This document shows positions 8,038 through 16,774 of a DNA stretch of 29,000 nt, in pieces (the first letter of the stretch is position 1; every line of letters starts with the position of its first letter). This DNA is from Candidatus Bathyarchaeia archaeon (GTDB taxonomy: Archaea > Thermoproteota > Bathyarchaeia > Bathyarchaeales > Bathycorpusculaceae): the NCBI GenBank assembly GCA_035288165.1, contig DATEAU010000193.1, forward strand, positions 1-29,000, given 5' to 3'. The notes beneath the pieces were generated by a model. It was not told the origin of the DNA. It saw only the letters and a program-made list of their open reading frames with translations, and made no database searches. The position numbers and the translations under genes were made by a program.

Positions 8038-9435
8038 ACGAGAGTAGCTTTAGTGGTTCCACCCTCACAGTTGCCTTTAAGTGACATGTGTGCTCCATTA
8101 AATTTGGGTTTTTTGGCAAGTTACATCAGGAAAAAGAACCCTTCCGTTGATGTAAAGATTTTCGACGGCATTGCTAAACAAAATATAAAAGGCCTTCTTT
8201 TGGAATTCAAACCTGACATAATCGGAGTTACGGCCACAACCCCTCAAGCCCCAGACGCTTTCCTACTTCTTGACTGGGCTAAAATTCACCTTCCCGCGTG
8301 TTTTCTGGTTATGGGCGGGATTCATCCTAGCGTATTGCCTGGTGAAGCAGCGGAACACGCTGACTGTGTGGTCATAGGAGAAGGTGAAATAGCACTAAGC
8401 GAAATAATCGAAAAACGAAGGAAAGGCCAGTCGGTCCCAAAAATAGTCGAAGGAACACCCGTAGAACAGCTGGACGAGATACCAAGTCCCGCCTACGATC
8501 TAATAGAAATGGAGAAATACATACAAAACGCTCCATCTTTTCCCGGCATTAAAACACCCATATTAACGCTCGTCGCATCAAGAGGGTGCCCCCACAGATG
8601 CCCTTTCTGTTGGAACAGTTCGCGAACTGCAAAAGTAAGATACTTCAGCGCCCAAAGGATAGTTGATGAAATTCTGTTTGCCAAGAAAAAATACGGCATA
8701 AACAGCGCCTGGTTTGCTGACGACGAATTCTTAATTAACAAAAAACGCATAAACGAATTGTGTTTCTTGTTTAAGAAGTACCGGATATCAGATTGGCTAA
8801 CGTGGGGATGCCAGGCAAGAGCCAAGAGCATAGATCTAGCCACTTTGAAAACAATTAAAAGCATGGGATGTTTGGTTGTCAGCGTTGGCTTCGAAAGCGC
8901 CAGCCCACGGATATTAAACTTTTTGAAATGTGGGACAACGACAGTCTCTGATTATGAACGCGCCCTAAGCCTAGCAAAAAAAGCTGGCTTAACAATGGGG
9001 GGCAGTTTCATTTTCGGCACACCGGGAGAATCTTTGGCTGAAATGAGGGCAACGCTCAACTGGTGCGAAAATGAGGCTAATCTGAAGTTTTTCGCCTTCA
9101 ACACACTAATCCCATATCCAGGAACCGCCGTATGGAAATTATGCCGATGGAAAAAGCTCTTGCCAGAGAATGTTGACTACACTCGACTAATTCCCACAGG
9201 AACACCAAAAAAGACCTACATCGTGAACAAGGGCGTTTGTCCCGAAGTGTTTAATGCTCTTGTGGTGGATGCTGGCCGCATTGCTTGGATTTACAGCGAG
9301 ACCAGACAGAACAAGAGTTTAAAGAATTTCTGCCATTTAAGCGCTCACCCAACTTGGTGGTGGCTATGGCTATATCATCCACTGAAAATGCTTAGGATTT
9401 TCAGTAGAATGGCAATAATGAAGCACGATGTTTAA
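8038..9435 (+). CDS. Cobalamin-binding radical SAM protein (class B methyltransferase-like)
   Basis: N-terminal B12-binding domain (PLNLGFLASY, PDIIGVT, MGGIHPS), SRGCPHRCPFC CxxxCxxC motif, FADDEF, GFESAS and FIFGTPGES. The ORF track starts at GTG 8053; ACG 8038 is proposed here (see findings). Confidence 0.9.
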   Translation, partial: TRVALVVPPSQLPLSDMCAPLNLGFLASYIRKKNPSVDVKIFDGIAKQNIKGLLLEFKPDIIGVTATTPQAPDAFLLLDWAKIHLPACFLVMGGIHPSVLPGEAAEHADCVVIGEGEIALSEIIEKRRKGQSVPKIVEGTPVEQLDEIPSPAYDLIEMEKYIQNAPSFPGIKTPILTLVASRGCPHRCPFCWNSSRTAKVRYFSAQRIVDEILFAKKKYGINSAWFADDEFLINKKRINELCFLFKKYRISDWLTWGCQARAKSIDLATLKTIKSMGCLVVSVGFESASPRILNFLKCGTTTVSDYERALSLAKKAGLTMGGSFIFGTPGESLAEMRATLNWCENEANLKFFAFNTLIPYPGTAVWKLCRWKKLLPENVDYTRLIPTGTPKKTYIVNKGVCPEVFNALVVDAGRIAWIYSETRQNKSLKNFCHLSAHPTWWWLWLYHPLKMLRIFSRMAIMKHDV

Positions 9436-9728
9436 CTGACAATAGCCGTCTTCTGAAGTTGTTTGCAAGAGACCCGCAGTCGTTTTCTAATTCGACGAAT
9501 TGCGCAGAATTGATGGGCGACCTCCTTTTGGATGTGCGTGAAGATATGGATAAGAGCCTGCAAGGGATAAAGAAAACTGAGACCTTTAACATTTGTTTTG
9601 TTTTAACAGAGGTCTTTTGAGATAGAGACACGGAACACGTTAGTTTTATATAGGTAGTTTTATCTTTACGAAAAACGGTCTCTTAAGATATTGACTTCCA
9701 CAATACATCTGAACATGAAGGTGTTTAC

Positions 9729-10787
9729 ATGAAAGCTCTTGTACTTAGCGGTGGCAAAGGCACTAGATTGCGACCTTTAACAGTTACCTGCGCTAAACAG
9801 CTTATTCCAGTAGCGAACAAGCCAATCCTGGGTTATGTTCTCGACCAAGTGGCTGAGACACCAATAAAAGAAGTGGGCATCATCATCGCACCCGAAACGG
9901 GCACCTACGTCAAAGAATACGTGGAAGACGGCGCAAAATGGAAATTCAAGGTTACTTACATTCCTCAGGAGCCTCTTGGCTTAGCGCACGCGGTTAAAAC
10001 CGCCAAGAGTTTTCTCGGCAACGACTCTTTCATAATGTGCCTCGGCGACAACGTGACGGGCCAAGGCGTAAAAAAGCTGGTGCAAAAGTTTGAGGAAGAA
10101 AAACTTGATGGCTTAATCGTGCTTAAAGAAGTTGAGGATCCCTCTCGGTTCGGCATTGCCCAACTGGACAAGAAGGGAAACATTGTCAAGCTGGTTGAAA
10201 AACCGAAAACCCCGATGGGAAACCTCGCCATAATTGGCACATACCTATTTTCAAATAGGGTCCACAAAGCCGTTGAGCGGATAAAACCTTCGTGGCGGGA
10301 AGAACTTGAAATTACCGATGCTATTCAAGAAATGGTGAACATGGGCTTCAAAGTTAAGGCGGAAATCCTTGATTCATGGTGGCTGGACACGGGGAAAAAG
10401 GACGACATTCTCTCAGCTAACGCCAAGATTCTGGACGAGTATGTTAAGAGAGACATCAAGGGAACCGCCACCAACAGCACAATAGAGGGAAGAGTCAAGG
10501 TGGAGGCTGAAGCGAGAATAATCAACAGCACAGTCAGGGGACCGTGCATAATAGGGAAAAACGCAACCGTGGAAAACTCGTTTGTGGGACCTTACACAAG
10601 CATAGGAGACAACTCGCAGGTAACAAACAGTCATCTCGAGTATTGCGTCCTGCTGGAAAACGTAGTGGTCACGGATGTTGAACGCATCGAAGAAAGCCTC
10701 ATCGGCAAAAACGCGAGAGTGACGAAAAACACCAAGCGCAGCATCATCAGGCTTCACATAGGAGACTTCTCGGAAGTAGAAGTTTAA
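9729..10787 (+). CDS. rmlA: Glucose-1-phosphate thymidylyltransferase, long form
   Basis: GGKGTRLRPLT…KQLIPVANKP, QEPLGLAHAV, LGDN, LVEKP, WLDTG and a C-terminal left-handed beta-helix-like region. First gene of the rml set. Confidence 0.93.
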   Translation: MKALVLSGGKGTRLRPLTVTCAKQLIPVANKPILGYVLDQVAETPIKEVGIIIAPETGTYVKEYVEDGAKWKFKVTYIPQEPLGLAHAVKTAKSFLGNDSFIMCLGDNVTGQGVKKLVQKFEEEKLDGLIVLKEVEDPSRFGIAQLDKKGNIVKLVEKPKTPMGNLAIIGTYLFSNRVHKAVERIKPSWREELEITDAIQEMVNMGFKVKAEILDSWWLDTGKKDDILSANAKILDEYVKRDIKGTATNSTIEGRVKVEAEARIINSTVRGPCIIGKNATVENSFVGPYTSIGDNSQVTNSHLEYCVLLENVVVTDVERIEESLIGKNARVTKNTKRSIIRLHIGDFSEVEV

Positions 10788-10856
10788 ATACTAACAACTT
10801 TAAAAGTGAACACGAACTAACGAAACAGGTTGAAACGCTTGAAGGGCTGAATCGAT

Positions 10857-11363
10857 ATGTTGACAGGAATAGTAATTAAGCCGTTGAAACGTTTACCCGA
10901 TGAGCGAGGCTTCTTCACAGAAATATTTAGGAAAGACTGGACTGACCTTTTTGCGGAAAAAGACGAGATTGTCCAATCTAACCTTTCAATAACTTATCCA
11001 AGCATTATCCGAGCTTGGCACAAACATGAAAGAGGACAGACCGACTACTTTGTGGCAGTAAAAGGTGCCTTGAAAATATGCGCCTACGATGAAGCAACTA
11101 GAGAGCTTGATGAAATTGTATCTTCAGGCGAAAACCTGCAAGTCGTCAGGGTCCCCGGGCATTACTGGCACGGATTTAAAGCCTTAGGAAACAAACCAGC
11201 AATGCTGGTCTACTTCACAACGCGGCTGTACAACCCAACACACCCTGACGAAATACGGAGATCATGGGATGACAAAACGCTGATCCCAGCAATAATAAAC
11301 GGCAAGAAAGACGACCCGCGAGTTGGCAAAACTTGGAACTGGGATTATCCACCACACAAGTGA
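10857..11363 (+). CDS. rmlC: dTDP-4-dehydrorhamnose 3,5-epimerase (cupin)
   Basis: DERGFFTE, IIRAWHKH and VRVPGHYWHGF. Located between rmlA and rmlB. Confidence 0.88.
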   Translation: MLTGIVIKPLKRLPDERGFFTEIFRKDWTDLFAEKDEIVQSNLSITYPSIIRAWHKHERGQTDYFVAVKGALKICAYDEATRELDEIVSSGENLQVVRVPGHYWHGFKALGNKPAMLVYFTTRLYNPTHPDEIRRSWDDKTLIPAIINGKKDDPRVGKTWNWDYPPHK

Positions 11364-11370
11364 GGTCACC

Positions 11371-12378
11371 ATGAAACTTCTCGTAACAGGCGGACTCGGC
11401 TTCATCGGAAGCAACTTCTGCAGACTAATCCTAACAGACCACCAAGATTATGAATTGGTAAACATCGACAAAGTCGGAGTGGGCGCTAACCCGGCAAACC
11501 TCCGCGACCTAGAAAACGAGAAAAGATACACTTTCATAAAAGGCGACATCGGCAACACACAAATCTTGAACAAAGCAATCAAACACGCGGATGCCGTGGT
11601 CAACATAGCCGCGGAAACCCACGTGGACAGGAGCATATCCGACCCTTTTTCTTTCCTTCAAAACAACACGCTTGGAACATACACAATTCTGGAGGCACTA
11701 AGGAAACATAATGACCAAGCCAAGCTTGTTCAAGTATCCACTGACGAAGTCTACGGCGAAATCCCTGAAGGCTCATTCACAGAAAATGATGCAGTTAAAC
11801 CATCCAACCCGTATTCGGCTTCCAAAGCCTCGGCAGACATGTTTGTTCAAGCTTACCACAAAACATACGGCTTAAATGCAGTTATTACCCGATGTACAAA
11901 CAATTTCGGACCATACCAATTCCCAGAAAAACTGATACCAAAAACAATTATACGTGCCCTAAAAGACTTACCCATCCCAATCTATGGCTCAGGGAAAAAT
12001 GTTCGCGAGTGGATTCATGCAATAGACCATTGTGAAGCTATAATCGCAGTTCTGAAGAAGGGAAAGCCTGGTGAAGTGTACAATGTTTCTTCAGGGAGCG
12101 AACTCTCGAACCTTGAATTAGTCAAGAAAATCCTCGCTCTTCTCCATAAACCCGAGAATCTAATAACATTTGTCGAAGACCGCCCAGGCCACGACTTAAG
12201 ATACTGCCTTGATTCGTCAAAAATCCAAACTGAACTAGGGTGGAAACCAAAGTTCTCTTTCAACCAAGCTTTAGAATCCACAGTCAAATGGTATGTTGAC
12301 AATGAGCAATGGTGGCGACTATTGGCAACTGAAAGTGTTCTCAGCCCTACGCCATGGAAGACAAGTGGTCACGGTTGA
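11371..12378 (+). CDS. rmlB: dTDP-glucose 4,6-dehydratase
   Basis: TGGLGFIGSNF, AAETHVDRSI, VSTDEVYG, YSASK, RCTNNFGPYQFPEKLIP and DRPGHDLRY. ATG 11371 follows a GAGGT RBS. Confidence 0.95.
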   Translation: MKLLVTGGLGFIGSNFCRLILTDHQDYELVNIDKVGVGANPANLRDLENEKRYTFIKGDIGNTQILNKAIKHADAVVNIAAETHVDRSISDPFSFLQNNTLGTYTILEALRKHNDQAKLVQVSTDEVYGEIPEGSFTENDAVKPSNPYSASKASADMFVQAYHKTYGLNAVITRCTNNFGPYQFPEKLIPKTIIRALKDLPIPIYGSGKNVREWIHAIDHCEAIIAVLKKGKPGEVYNVSSGSELSNLELVKKILALLHKPENLITFVEDRPGHDLRYCLDSSKIQTELGWKPKFSFNQALESTVKWYVDNEQWWRLLATESVLSPTPWKTSGHG

Positions 12379-13262
12379 GAATCCTCATTACAGGAGCCAG
12401 CGGATTATACGGCTCAAAACTGGCTAATTTAGCCGAAAAAAAGGGGCATCAAGTCTTTTCCGCATACAACCAGCATCAGGCAGCTTTTGGAAAACCTGTT
12501 CGAATTGAAATTTCAGACAAAGATCGGGTTGAAAAAATTTTCAGAGAATTGGCACCCGAAATCGTGGTACACGCAGCGACTTTGACTGATGTGGACAAAT
12601 GTGAGCTGAACAAAGAGTTGGCTTGGAAAATAAACGTGGAAGGAACCGAAAACATAACGCGGGCAGCGAAAACAAGCAATACTTTCCTTTTGTACATTTC
12701 AACTGACTATGTTTTCAACGGCGAAACAGGGCAATATGAGGAGACGGATTTGCCTGACCCCATAAACTATTATGGATTAACTAAATTGAAGGCTGAGGAG
12801 CAAGTGAAAACCATCACAAACGATTACTGCATTGCCCGCGCAAGCGTAATTTACGGGGCCACGCCTGCGGCTGGAAAAGTTAACTTCGCCCTTTGGATAC
12901 ACAATACTCTCAAGAAAGGCGAAAAAGCAAAAGCCCTCGTTGACCAGTGGAACTCGCCAACGTTGAACACTAACTTAGCCAGAATGTCTATTGAAATAAT
13001 AGAAAAAAGGCTAAGAGGAACTTTCCATCTTTCGGGAGCCACACGTATAAGCCGCTACGATTTTGCTCAGATGGTAGCGCAAACCTTCAACTTAGACGCG
13101 AGTTTGATAGTTCCGACTTTGACGAGGGATTTTTCATGGACCGCAAAGCGGCCTCGAGACTCGTCGCTTAATTCTGCGAAGGCTCAACAAATATTAGAAA
13201 ACAAGCCACTTACGATTGAACATGCGCTGCAAGAAATGAAACAAGAGCTGACCATACTGTAA
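12375..13262 (+). CDS. rmlD: dTDP-4-dehydrorhamnose reductase
   Basis: ILITGASGLYG, HAATLTDVDKCE, ISTDYVF, YGLTK, DQWNSPT and KRPRDSSL. The TTG start overlaps the rmlB stop (TTGA). Confidence 0.93.
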   Translation: MRILITGASGLYGSKLANLAEKKGHQVFSAYNQHQAAFGKPVRIEISDKDRVEKIFRELAPEIVVHAATLTDVDKCELNKELAWKINVEGTENITRAAKTSNTFLLYISTDYVFNGETGQYEETDLPDPINYYGLTKLKAEEQVKTITNDYCIARASVIYGATPAAGKVNFALWIHNTLKKGEKAKALVDQWNSPTLNTNLARMSIEIIEKRLRGTFHLSGATRISRYDFAQMVAQTFNLDASLIVPTLTRDFSWTAKRPRDSSLNSAKAQQILENKPLTIEHALQEMKQELTIL

Positions 13263-13335
13263 AACAACAGTAATTGCAGGGTCAAATGTTATTTACGTCA
13301 AGAAAACTCAGTTTCTATGCAAACTTAGCAGAGGA

Positions 13336-13342
13336 TTTATAA
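13336..13342 (+). promoter_or_regulatory. Candidate TATA box upstream of the deacetylase/GNAT fusion and flippase genes
   Basis: TTTATAA 45 nt upstream of the ATG at 13387, preceded by a purine-rich segment. Confidence 0.4.
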
Positions 13343-13386
13343 TTCATAACAGAACCTTCTCTATGTAAAGAGCAAGCAGAGAAACA

Positions 13387-14862
13387 ATGATAAAACTCAG
13401 ATTAGACGTTGACTACGCATATCCTTCGAGAATTAAAAGCTTCCTCTATACAGCTCTGAACAGAAAAACAGACAAGAACTACCTGAAAAATTCAAAAATA
13501 ATCGCCAAAATGATTAATGAGTCGCCACGGGAAGTCAAAGCCTTCTGGTTCTTCACCCCGTATACGACGCCGGACAAGGAATTGCTTGAATTGCTAACTT
13601 CCGATAAACACGAAGTTGCCCTTCACGTAGCAAATGACCCTTATGGGGAACTCGAAAAACTGGAGCAGGCGACAAACCGGAAAGTCGAGTTTTACACTGT
13701 TCATGGAACTGCCCGTTTGCTTGCTCGGTTAATGTGGAGACGAAAACTTTGGGAAGCCAGAGCGTCAATTCCCGACGGTTTCCCGCTGCAGTCATTCTAC
13801 GAGTTTCCCACGTTGGGCTTCGATTTAGCTTGCCACAATAACCCACCAGCGCAAGCCGTCGAAATCGCTGAGGCAAGCATAGCTAAAGGAGAAGTATTGC
13901 ATATTCATCCTGAATGGCTTTTCCAGCGAGGGACATACAACCATAGAGGACCATTCTACGAGCCGCTGAAAAAGATACTTCAAGTAGACACGGAGCTCGC
14001 AACCCTGGTTGTCCAAAAAAGAGGGTTTGCCAAGTTAGCCCGGTATGTTGAAACCAAAGAGTACGAACGAGACTTCATTCCAACCGCGAGGCTCCTCGAA
14101 AAACTCTCGGAGAGGGGACTAGATATCTTTACTTTCTTGGAAAGGAAGTGGTGTTGCCCAATCGCCAACCCGTCAGAGACATGGCGCAGGACGGAAGACA
14201 ACATTGCACTTCTCAACGTGGCAACTTATAGCGATTGGCTGGAGCGGGTTGGCAAGAAAACGCGGAACATGGTTCGCAAAGCTGAAAAAAGCGGCGTGAA
14301 AACCGAGGTTGTTGAGAACAATGATAGGTTTGCTGGAGGCGTCTGGAAAGTCTATAATGAGACGCCTATACGGCAAGGGAGAGCGTTCCCCCATTATGGC
14401 AAATCACTGCAAACCGTGAAGGCGATAGTCAATTTAGGTACAAATTTCACGTACATCGGGGCGTTCTTCCAAGATGAGATGGTTGGGTTTTTGCAGCTTG
14501 TCATTGGCGACAAAATTGCTATAATCTCTCAGATTCTTTCTCTACAGAAGCATTCTGACAAAGCGGTGAACAACGCGCTTGTAGCAAAGGCAGTGGAAGT
14601 ATGTGCGGAGAAACAGTGCAGGTGGATTATGTACGGAAGAATGGGAAATCACCCTTCCCTTGACAACTTCAAGCAGAACAACGCCTTCACCAAGTTCTCC
14701 CTCACGCGATATTATGTTCCAACCACTGGGAAAGGGCGAATCGCCATGCGATTAGGATTGCACAAACAAGTAAAAGATGTCGTTCCCCAGCCAATAAAAG
14801 GCTCTCTGATTCCGGTTTACAATTGGGTTAGCCGAAACAAAACGCGAATGAGATTCCATTAA
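13387..14862 (+). CDS. Two-domain protein: N-terminal polysaccharide deacetylase-like (NodB/WbmS-like) domain fused to a C-terminal FemAB/GNAT-like acyltransferase domain
   Basis: N-terminal LRLDVD, EVALH, TVHG and LHIHP resemble CE4-like metal motifs. C-terminal KKTRNMVRKAEKSGV, YIGAFFQDEMVG, NNALVAKAVE and SLDNFKQNNAF resemble Fem/GNAT folds. Confidence 0.65.
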   Translation: MIKLRLDVDYAYPSRIKSFLYTALNRKTDKNYLKNSKIIAKMINESPREVKAFWFFTPYTTPDKELLELLTSDKHEVALHVANDPYGELEKLEQATNRKVEFYTVHGTARLLARLMWRRKLWEARASIPDGFPLQSFYEFPTLGFDLACHNNPPAQAVEIAEASIAKGEVLHIHPEWLFQRGTYNHRGPFYEPLKKILQVDTELATLVVQKRGFAKLARYVETKEYERDFIPTARLLEKLSERGLDIFTFLERKWCCPIANPSETWRRTEDNIALLNVATYSDWLERVGKKTRNMVRKAEKSGVKTEVVENNDRFAGGVWKVYNETPIRQGRAFPHYGKSLQTVKAIVNLGTNFTYIGAFFQDEMVGFLQLVIGDKIAIISQILSLQKHSDKAVNNALVAKAVEVCAEKQCRWIMYGRMGNHPSLDNFKQNNAFTKFSLTRYYVPTTGKGRIAMRLGLHKQVKDVVPQPIKGSLIPVYNWVSRNKTRMRFH

Positions 14863-14967
14863 TTTTCAGGCCGAGCCACTGCCGTCAGGCAAAATGAATA
14901 GCAGTTGTCCAAACAAGATTTAATACGGACATGGACACTATGCAATGAAAACATCCAAGGTGTCACA

Positions 14968-16485
14968 GTGGCAGGAAAGGAGATTCGCCTCCAGTACACA
15001 GGCTACGTCTTATTCGCAGCAAAAATAATCGGCGTAGCGACTGGCCTGATTTTTCAGTTCATGCTGGCGCGTTCAATTCCAAACGACAGCCCAGAATACG
15101 GGATATGGGGCAACATCAATTACGTTCTCCCGTACTTCACATTGCTGGCCGGAGTCGTACCATTCTGGGTTATGCGATGCGTCGCAAGAGGGCAAAAAGG
15201 AGCAACCAAAACAGGACTTGGAATAAACCTGCTCTTTTCATTAATAAGCACAGCCGCTTACCTCATCATTATTCCAATTATCCTGCCGTCACTTCTTTCT
15301 GAAGCAGGAATCGCTAATCCCATAGCCTATCTGCCCTTCTACCTAATTGTTTCAATTCAGATAATCGAAACGTACCTGATCGGACTTTTTGAACCATGCC
15401 TTCAAGCTTCCACGCCACAATCGGTAGGCTACGGATTGATATTGCAACAAGTGTCCAGAGTCATACTGGGCTACGTAATTATCATCCAGCTGGGTCAGCC
15501 ACTACTGGGAGCAATTGTAAGCGGTATCATCGCATTCGCCGTACAAACGGTCTATTATTTAAAACTCGCGAGGAATGAATTGAAAGAACATGTGCAATGG
15601 GGATACGTGAAAGAGTGGCTCAAAGGCTCTGCTCTAAACGTATATTTGGTTGTGGGAGGCCAGATTGCGGCGTTTATTTTCATTATGCTCTTCTATTACG
15701 GTGGAGCGATAAGCATGGAACTATATTATGTAGCCCTTCAGATGGCGAATGTCATCACATATGCTAGCTTCTTATCGTTCGCACTTTATCCGAAACTCTT
15801 GGCAGAAAGACGCGAGGAGGACGTAACGGCTTCGATGAAAACTGTTTTGATGTTCGCCCTTCCCATGACAGTTGGAGCGATAGCATTATCCAGTTCTTAC
15901 ATGGTGCTTCTGAGAGTTAAAACGCTGGAAAATTACCCAGGAGCAGAATGGATCCTCGTAGTGTTAGCTTTGGACGCTTTCGTAACTGTGGTTTCGAGTA
16001 TTTACGCCTCCGTTCTGACAGGGGTTGAAACGGTCGATCAGGAACGAATGTCGTTCAAATCGTTGATTAAAAGCAAACTATTCAGGTACTTCACTTTGTC
16101 CTATTTGCATTCTGCCATAACTATCCCAATTGCGTTTTACGTTTTAACAACTTTCGCTTTCCAACAGCCATTGCTGGCAGCGATTTCCGTGGTTGCCATT
16201 AACTCCGTTGTGCGCTTTGCCATGTTCATAGTCCTGATCGTGATGGTTCGCAAAATATTCAAGGTTGTTGTCCCGTGGAGGAGCATAGGGAAGTATCTTT
16301 TGGCTTCCGCCGCAATGGGTATAGTGCTTGTTCTCTTACCTTACTCAGCTGATATATTCCTAATTTTAGTGTGGACCGCTATTGGCGGCGCAGTCTATTT
16401 GGCACTGTTAATGCTAATTGACAAAGAGGCGCGGGCTCTTCCCATGAATATCCTGCATGAGTTGAGGCGCAAGAAAAAAGATTGA
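14968..16485 (+). CDS. Polysaccharide/oligosaccharide flippase (MOP/Wzx-like membrane transporter)
   Basis: About 505 aa with roughly 12-14 hydrophobic segments. It is the last gene of the glycan locus. GTG 14968 follows AGGTG; an alternative TTG lies at 14905. Confidence 0.8.
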   Translation: MAGKEIRLQYTGYVLFAAKIIGVATGLIFQFMLARSIPNDSPEYGIWGNINYVLPYFTLLAGVVPFWVMRCVARGQKGATKTGLGINLLFSLISTAAYLIIIPIILPSLLSEAGIANPIAYLPFYLIVSIQIIETYLIGLFEPCLQASTPQSVGYGLILQQVSRVILGYVIIIQLGQPLLGAIVSGIIAFAVQTVYYLKLARNELKEHVQWGYVKEWLKGSALNVYLVVGGQIAAFIFIMLFYYGGAISMELYYVALQMANVITYASFLSFALYPKLLAERREEDVTASMKTVLMFALPMTVGAIALSSSYMVLLRVKTLENYPGAEWILVVLALDAFVTVVSSIYASVLTGVETVDQERMSFKSLIKSKLFRYFTLSYLHSAITIPIAFYVLTTFAFQQPLLAAISVVAINSVVRFAMFIVLIVMVRKIFKVVVPWRSIGKYLLASAAMGIVLVLLPYSADIFLILVWTAIGGAVYLALLMLIDKEARALPMNILHELRRKKKD

Positions 16486-16504
16486 TTAAGGGCGATTGCT
16501 GTTG

Positions 16505-16774
16505 CTAAAGCAGGAGGGACGCGAGAAGTTTGTACAGTTCTTCTTTGGTTTTGATGCTTCTGAAGATGGCTTTGCCGCTCGTGTAAACTCGGAAGGAAAC
16601 GTCTTTGAAGCTCATTTCAAGAATTATGCCGGCTATGGTGTTCTTGAGCTCTGCTTTCTTGCGAATATTCGCTATCGCCTCGTCTTTCTTGTCGTACTTG
16701 AAGACGACGATTATGTCTTTTTCTTCGCCGCAGGTTCCTTCGATTCTTGCCACGTAATCGTCAACGGTGGGCAT
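16505..16774 (-). CDS. Small hypothetical protein with a single Cys; resembles the stand-alone C-terminal domain of archaeal MoeB/ThiF proteins
   Basis: 89 aa. Its ATG overlaps the sufS stop (TAATG). It contains GTCG near the N-terminus and RVYTSGKAIF…KEELYKLL near the C-terminus. Confidence 0.75.
   Translation of the reverse strand: MPTVDDYVARIEGTCGEEKDIIVVFKYDKKDEAIANIRKKAELKNTIAGIILEMSFKDVSFRVYTSGKAIFRSIKTKEELYKLLASLLL

Noticed and set aside
9440-9620. Plus-strand frame ending GIKKTETF, faintly like an Lrp/AsnC ligand-binding domain
   Set aside because: No plausible start with an RBS, and the rest of the frame does not fit the family pattern.
9467-9684. 8-bp inverted repeat AAGAGACC…GGTCTCTT flanking about 200 bp, considered as a MITE; also a TAGTTTTAT direct repeat at 9641 and 9655
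   Set aside because: The arms are too short, there is no target-site duplication and no transposase is nearby. The direct repeat is probably just AT-rich promoter sequence.
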